DNA of 64,000 nt from Chitinophagales bacterium (lineage in GTDB: Bacteria; Bacteroidota; Bacteroidia; Chitinophagales; JADIYW01). Shown here piece after piece: positions 59,166 to 64,000 of the stretch; position 1 is the stretch's first letter; each line of letters starts with the position of its first letter. The DNA lies in contig JACJXT010000011.1 of NCBI GenBank assembly GCA_020636535.1, forward strand, positions 1,316,812 through 1,380,811, read 5' to 3'. Below the pieces are notes generated by a model, which had not been told where the DNA came from, ran no database searches, and saw only the letters and a program-made list of their open reading frames with translations. The position numbers were made by a program, and so were the translations under genes.

Positions 59166-59290
59166 GGTCTCGGGTATGAAACGTAGGGCATTTCGGAGCC
59201 GCGTACTTGTCCACCGAGACTAAGCTTGCTTAGAACCCGAAACTTGCGGAATCCACTGTCCGCCCTATGTTTTATACTGTATCGTCCTAA
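59166..59290 (+). other. GC-rich extension of R4 copy 2 (absent from copy 1), possibly the rest of the same structured element
   Basis: GGTCTCGG...CCGAGAC (8/7 bp), CTAAGC-TT-GCTTAG, GTAGGGC...GCCCTAT and GGAGCCGC...GCGGAATCC can pair, and some pairings cross (pseudoknot-like). It ends at an A-run. The same position in copy 1 holds the mini-palindrome 6576-6611. Confidence 0.4.
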
Positions 59291-59348
59291 AAAAAGTTTA
59301 CAGTTATTTAGTTAAATACTGATATAGGTTTACAGTTCAAATATAATC

Positions 59349-60257
59349 CTAAAATAGGTTTACAGTTTGTTTTCTTTGGTAATAATTTTTCCATTTTTTT
59401 TCTATTTTAATTGTTTGATTTTGATGTACTAAACTCGGTACTAAATTTCCTATACTCATATGTGGTCTATCTTCATTATATAGTTTTATTACTTGGTCTA
59501 ATAATATCTTGGCTTCTGTTATATTTCTTAGATCATAATGGTCTAAATATTCTTCTTTCAAGATACCATTTACTCTCTCTGCTATTGCATTTTCTAATGG
59601 ATCACCATTCTCTGTCATGCTAACATCTATGCTGTTTTGCTGTAGCAGATTTACATATTTATGACTGCAATATTGTACACCTCTATCGCTGTGATGTATA
59701 AGTGAGCTATTGAGCTTTGTATCTAATGGTAAAAGTGCCATTTTTAATGCTTTTAAACTACTGTCTGCATCAAGTGTTTCAGATAAATGATAACCTACTA
59801 TTTTATGACTGTAAGCATCTGTAATTAAGCTAATATACACATATCCTATATTTATCTTCCAATATGTAATATCACTGACATACAATTGATTAGGTTTTGT
59901 TGGAGTTAAGTCTTTTATTAAGTTTGGATACTTCTTTAGCCAATGGTGCGACTGAGTTGTTTTAATATTGCTGCGTCTTTTTCGTATCAACAAATTATAT
60001 TGTGATAGCAAGTTAAACAAAGCATCTCTACCCATTTTTATTTGGTGTGATAACATAAATGCTTCTAACATTATATACAATTTTCTAGTACCTATTCTTG
60101 GATGATATTGACGGATTTTTAATACCTCTTTTATTATTAATTCCTGTTGAAGTGCTGTGTTAACAGCTTGGTTGAAGTGCTGATAATATGCCTGTCGTGT
60201 AATACCAAACAATCGGCATAGCTTTGCGAATCCTATATATTGATGTCGTGCTTTCAT
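59349..60257 (-). CDS. IS3-family transposase OrfB (DDE integrase core)
   Basis: 302 aa. rve-type blocks YVSDITYW, HSDRGVQY and ENAIAERVNGILKEE (D, D, E) are present. Confidence 0.88.
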   Translation of the reverse strand: MKARHQYIGFAKLCRLFGITRQAYYQHFNQAVNTALQQELIIKEVLKIRQYHPRIGTRKLYIMLEAFMLSHQIKMGRDALFNLLSQYNLLIRKRRSNIKTTQSHHWLKKYPNLIKDLTPTKPNQLYVSDITYWKINIGYVYISLITDAYSHKIVGYHLSETLDADSSLKALKMALLPLDTKLNSSLIHHSDRGVQYCSHKYVNLLQQNSIDVSMTENGDPLENAIAERVNGILKEEYLDHYDLRNITEAKILLDQVIKLYNEDRPHMSIGNLVPSLVHQNQTIKIEKKWKNYYQRKQTVNLF

Positions 60258-60664
60258 TTCTTGGATTGTTTGGTGTTTGACTTTTTTCTAATACTAATTT
60301 TTAATTCTTTTTCAGCTACTTCTATCATGGTGTCTAATGCTGTGGCTCGTAATTCTGAGTTTAATAATGCTTTTTCTAATTGCTCAATTCGTTGTTTTAA
60401 TTCAATGTTTTCTAGTGGTTCATTGCTCTTTATCATAAATATTTCTTTGTTTGGTAATTTACGCCATTTAGGTACCATATCATATCCTAATTGACGCATC
60501 CATTTGAGTAACGAACCATGTTCCTCTTTATGTCCTGTATATTTTTCCCATATATCTCTCTTCTTACAGCCTGTTCTAAGATATTCTTCTATAATATACT
60601 TCCGTTCCTCTATAGTAAAATCTCTTGGTGATTTTTGTCCTAAAATAATTTGTCTTTTTTTCAT
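60254..60664 (-). CDS. IS3-family transposase OrfA (HTH)
   Basis: 136 aa with an N-terminal HTH region and a leucine-zipper-like C-terminal half. It ends just after the slippery site. Confidence 0.85.
   Translation of the reverse strand: MKKRQIILGQKSPRDFTIEERKYIIEEYLRTGCKKRDIWEKYTGHKEEHGSLLKWMRQLGYDMVPKWRKLPNKEIFMIKSNEPLENIELKQRIEQLEKALLNSELRATALDTMIEVAEKELKISIRKKSNTKQSKK
60281..60287 (-). promoter_or_regulatory. programmed -1 ribosomal frameshift site (A AAA AAG) joining OrfA and OrfB
   Basis: The - strand reads AGA AAA AAG in the OrfA frame, 24 nt before the OrfA stop. OrfB is open in the -1 frame. Confidence 0.6.
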
Positions 60665-60711
60665 TTTTTTACACTCTTTTTGCTTATTAATTGTGTAAAC
60701 CTATTTTAGGA

Positions 60712-61035
60712 CAAGACATTTACGGAAGACCTGAAAAACTATTTTGTTCGGTAAAATGTAAAAGTTACTATCATTATCAATTAAGAAAGACAACTAATAT
60801 TGAAGCTGAAAATATTGATAAAATATTACATAGAAATAGATCTATTTTGTTAGAGATTTTGGGTAAACGATTAACGCAGAAAAAAGTAAATAGATTGGTA
60901 TTAGAAAATAAGAAGTTTAGGTTTAAATATTTAACTCACTTTCATATTAATAGACATGGTAAAATGTATCATTGTATTTATGATTTTGCTTGGATGGAGT
61001 TTTCGGATGATGCAGTTTTAATTGTAAAAAGATAA
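60712..61035 (+). pseudogene. 5'-truncated zinc-ribbon family gene, cut by the IS3 element
   Basis: The frame is open from the IS3 boundary: ...DIYGRPEKLFCSVKCKSYYHYQLRK...FRFKYLTHFHINRHGKMYHCIYDFAWMEF. The expected N-terminal CxxC half of the ribbon is missing and is not found on the other side of the IS. Confidence 0.6.
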
Positions 61036-61221
61036 ACTGTTTTTTATAGCACAATTTGCATAAGGGTATAGAACGGAAAGCCCACAGCGACGATAGGAGC
61101 GAGGACTTGTAGTGATAGCCCGACCGTAATGTAATGGAGGTTATGCCATGAACTTAGTTTTTAGTCATTTCTCAATAGTTATTTATATTTGCAATTATTA
61201 CATATAAAAATAAGTGTATAA

Positions 61222-62088
61222 CTAACGACTAATTAAAAAGCCACTCATGCGTTCTATTTTATGACTAATATCTAGTGCTATTTGCAAATTTTCATAGTAA
61301 ATATCTAAACTATTATACCAAACCGATTTTTGCTTGGCATTCACTATAAAATGACTTAAATTCTCTACTAATTGCAATTGCTCATCTGCTTTATTTATAG
61401 CAATTGTCGATTTATTACCTTGACTAGTAATTTCAATTTTTCTTTTATTAAAATCAACTTTTATGGTATTCTCTTTTTGGAAAATAGTAATACTATATTC
61501 TTGATGCAATGCAATTTTACTTACGGTTAAGTTTGCAGTACAAGCATTGTTGTACTCTAATCTTGCATTGGCAATATCTGGATTTTTTTCTACTTTGGTC
61601 AAACCACCAACACTTACATTTTTTAAATCTGCTTGTATAATATGTTGTACAAAACTAATGTCGTGTTGCATTAAATTACAAATTAAAAAATCAGAGCTAT
61701 TATGTAAATTATTAATTTCAATATATTTTGGAGATGTAATGTGTTGCTTCAATAACTTGTAAAAGTTATAATAGTAAGGTTGTGTACCAATATGCACATA
61801 ACTCTGCGATTCAAAACTTAACTGCAACCAAAAATGAATGAGTTGTAAATCGTGAATATCAAAATGATGAATGTAAATGTGCTTAGACGATTTAATGCTT
61901 TGCTCAATAATATTATTGAAAAAACTATTATAGTTATGAATAAATAAAATATCAATATTATTAATAAAAGCTTCTGTGTCTAAAGTATACTTACTTAAAT
62001 GCTCAACAGTAAAGTTGTTGTTTATATAATTTGTAAAAGAGGTATTTAAATCTTTTTCAACTATTCCTATTTTAGCAGATGTACTCAT
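61222..62088 (-). CDS. hypothetical protein
   Basis: 288-aa ORF that fills the gap up to mtaB, divergently oriented. No motif recognised. Confidence 0.5.
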   Translation of the reverse strand: MSTSAKIGIVEKDLNTSFTNYINNNFTVEHLSKYTLDTEAFINNIDILFIHNYNSFFNNIIEQSIKSSKHIYIHHFDIHDLQLIHFWLQLSFESQSYVHIGTQPYYYNFYKLLKQHITSPKYIEINNLHNSSDFLICNLMQHDISFVQHIIQADLKNVSVGGLTKVEKNPDIANARLEYNNACTANLTVSKIALHQEYSITIFQKENTIKVDFNKRKIEITSQGNKSTIAINKADEQLQLVENLSHFIVNAKQKSVWYNSLDIYYENLQIALDISHKIERMSGFLISR

Positions 62089-62121
62089 GCTTCAATTTGG
62101 AAATAAAAGTATGTTTTAAAA

Positions 62122-63444
62122 TTGTCAACTTTTAACAGAGTAATCCACATTTGGTGCATATTGCTTAAATTTGCACTGGTGAATACACAAAAATCCATAG
62201 CGTTTCATACATTAGGTTGCAAATTAAATTTCTCCGAAACATCTACCATTGCTAGACAAATGCAAGCTAAAGGTTATGAGCAAGTCGACTTTAAAACTTC
62301 GGCAGATGTTTATGTTATAAACACTTGTTCTGTTACCGATGATGCTGATGCAAAATGTAGAAATATTGTAAGAAAATGCATGAAGCAAAATAAAGATGCT
62401 TTTATTGTGGTTATTGGATGCTACGCACAACTTAAACCAAAAGAAATTGCTAGTATTAAAGGTGTAGATTTAGTACTTGGTGCTGCCGAAAAATTTCAAC
62501 TAGCAGATATTATAGACGATGCTACAAAAAATGCTTGTGGTCAGGTTTTAGCTACCGAAATTGAAAATGCTAACTTTTTTACAGCAGCGTATTCTTATGG
62601 AGATAGAACTCGGTCTTTTCTCAAAATTCAAGATGGTTGCGACTATAAATGTTCTTTTTGTACTATTCCGTTGGCTAGAGGAAAAAGTCGTAGTGATACA
62701 CTAGACAACATCAAGAAAAATGCACAAGAATTAGCAACTAAAGGTATTAAAGAAGTGGTAATTACTGGTGTAAATACAGGCGATTATGGCAAAGGCATTG
62801 AAGAAAATTACTCATTACTAGATGTAATTAAAATGCTAGATAAAATTGATGGTATTGAACGATATAGAATTTCATCAATTGAACCAAATTTGTTGACTAA
62901 CGAAATCATTGATTTTGTAGCACAAAGCAATAAATTTATGCCACACTTTCACATTCCGTTGCAAAGTGGAAGCAACAAAATTTTAGCACTCATGCAACGC
63001 AGATACAAACGAGAACTATATCAAGATAGAGTAGAGAAAATTAAATCAGTTATGCCAGATGCTTGTATTGGTGTAGATGTTATTGTAGGGTTTCCTAACG
63101 AAACACATGAAGATTTTTTAGAAACTTATAATTTTATAAATAATTTAGATATAAGTTATTTACATGTATTTACATATTCAGAAAGAGCCAATACCAAAGC
63201 AATAGATATTGATGGAGCAGTAGACATGAGCATACGAAAAGAAAGAAATTTACAACTACGCAATTTGTCCGATAAAAAACAACAATATTTTTATCAGCAA
63301 TTTAAAGGCAATACTAGAACAGTTTTGTTTGAAGCCGAAGAAAAAGAACAGGAAATGTTTGGCTATACAGACAACTATATTAAAATAAGTACACCTTATA
63401 ATAAAAACTGGATTAACACTTTACAAGCAGTAGAAATTAGTTAA
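62122..63444 (+). CDS. mtaB: radical-SAM tRNA methylthiotransferase (MtaB-like)
   Basis: It has the MTTase N-terminal domain (IAFHTLGCKLNFSET), the radical-SAM CDYKCSFCTIP motif and a C-terminal TRAM-like end. The true start is probably downstream of 62122, for example the GTG near 62179. Confidence 0.85.
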   Translation: MSTFNRVIHIWCILLKFALVNTQKSIAFHTLGCKLNFSETSTIARQMQAKGYEQVDFKTSADVYVINTCSVTDDADAKCRNIVRKCMKQNKDAFIVVIGCYAQLKPKEIASIKGVDLVLGAAEKFQLADIIDDATKNACGQVLATEIENANFFTAAYSYGDRTRSFLKIQDGCDYKCSFCTIPLARGKSRSDTLDNIKKNAQELATKGIKEVVITGVNTGDYGKGIEENYSLLDVIKMLDKIDGIERYRISSIEPNLLTNEIIDFVAQSNKFMPHFHIPLQSGSNKILALMQRRYKRELYQDRVEKIKSVMPDACIGVDVIVGFPNETHEDFLETYNFINNLDISYLHVFTYSERANTKAIDIDGAVDMSIRKERNLQLRNLSDKKQQYFYQQFKGNTRTVLFEAEEKEQEMFGYTDNYIKISTPYNKNWINTLQAVEIS

Positions 63445-63722
63445 GTGCAGTAATCAAAAACGACCTACAATAAATCTGCCAACCGCAGGCTGGTTTAGTG
63501 AGAATAAATAAAAAAGCGTGAAGAAAATCTTGCTGTTTGAACGAAGTGAGTTTCAAGATTTTTAGCTTTTTTAAGCAGTTCGAGCGTTAAGAATTTATTG
63601 CAGTCTTGATTTTTTGTTACTTTTGTATCAAGACAAAAGTAAGTGTGAAATAAATAAAAAGTAGCACTTTTTTGTTGTGTTTATCTAGTTCAATAGATAG
63701 AAATCTTTAATATTAAACTAAA

Positions 63723-64000
63723 ATGTCAGACGAAAATAGATTATTAGCACCTTGGTATGCTCCGAATTTGAGTTACTGCAATCATATATTTAATAATGAG
63801 ATTGTTTTTTGTGGAAAAATAAGACATCAAAAACGCAGTTATAGAAATAGAACAGAAATTTTAAACGCCAATGGTAGATTGCGATTAACCATACCAATAG
63901 AACACAGCAGAAAAGAAAATCAATGGTATAAAGATGTAAAAATCAGCTATGCAGAAGATTGGCAAAAAAATCATTGGAATGGAATCACGGCGTCTTATAG
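63723..64000 (+). CDS. WbqC-like family protein (3' end outside the window)
   Basis: Partial ORF MSDENRLLAPWYAPNLSYCNHIF...RHQKRSYRNRTEILNANGRLRLTIPIEH. The K.SYRNR...G...L(T/S)IP pattern is remembered from WbqC-like proteins. Confidence 0.6.
   Translation, partial: MSDENRLLAPWYAPNLSYCNHIFNNEIVFCGKIRHQKRSYRNRTEILNANGRLRLTIPIEHSRKENQWYKDVKISYAEDWQKNHWNGITASY

Larger units (their letters stand above)
59347..60711 (-). mobile_element. IS3-family insertion sequence
   Basis: 18-bp perfect terminal inverted repeats: TCCTAAAATAGGTTTACA (59347-59364) and TGTAAACCTATTTTAGGA (60694-60711). It has the orfA/orfB arrangement with an A6G slippery site. Confidence 0.85.

Noticed and set aside
59166-59290. 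The GC-rich extension as a group II intron domain V/VI, a tRNA or a tmRNA fragment.
   Set aside because: GAGCCGCGTAC lacks the complementary GTACGCGGTTC arm needed for domain V. No cloverleaf or T-loop (GTTCGAAT) is present. No reverse transcriptase or maturase ORF is nearby.
61058-61150. A GC-rich islet (ACGGAAAGCCCACAGCGACGATAGGAGCGAGGACTTGTAGTGATAGCCCGACCG) after the truncated zinc-ribbon gene, as another structured RNA.
   Set aside because: There is only one copy in the window, I could find only a 6-bp flanking helix (GCATAA/TTATGC), and there is no convincing internal pairing. It is worth including in a genome-wide repeat search but is not supportable as a feature here.

Overview
AT-rich Bacteroidota-type chromosomal segment, judged from a T9SS C-terminal sorting domain, a type III glutamine synthetase and TAnnTTTG-like -7 boxes. 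Most of the window is housekeeping: ilvA; metX-metY; rpmI-rplT; a pyrC-like amidohydrolase; an SSF transporter; sufB-C-D-S-E; gcdH and folB; tRNA-Cys; cinA; a 2-oxoacid dehydrogenase E2; purL; glnN; purM; pirin; mtaB. Two accessory islets interrupt it. Islet 1 (about 1.35-7.28 kb, between ilvA and metX) holds an IS1-like element with a 9-bp target duplication, an IS5-family element, an Rnl2-type RNA ligase gene, a gene for an HNH protein with an unrecognised N-terminal domain, a 22-bp tandem hairpin array and several intergenic repeat families. Islet 2 (about 54.3-61.2 kb) holds about 1.4 kb with no listed ORF of 60 aa or more (modular repeats), a C-protein/PD-(D/E)xK nuclease/N6-adenine methyltransferase restriction-modification cassette, an IS3-family element with an A6G frameshift site, and a truncated zinc-ribbon gene. 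The most interesting signal is a 184-nt GC-rich element present once in each islet. Each copy lies directly 5' of the first gene of the nuclease cassette. The two copies are identical except for one compensatory base-pair swap in the closing helix. Both cassettes also end in the same 17-mer, GTTGTGCAACGGTCACC, and a degenerate copy of that motif abuts the structured element, which suggests a cassette-capture or cis-regulatory architecture that I cannot assign to any known family. Other notable points: two paralogous long ORF-free modular repeat regions that end in terminator-like hairpins, a suf operon colonised by two paralogous PIN toxin-antitoxin pairs, a terminator/antiterminator leader upstream of metY, and a 202-bp tandem duplication after purM. 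Every homology call comes from motif recognition by eye; no database search was run.
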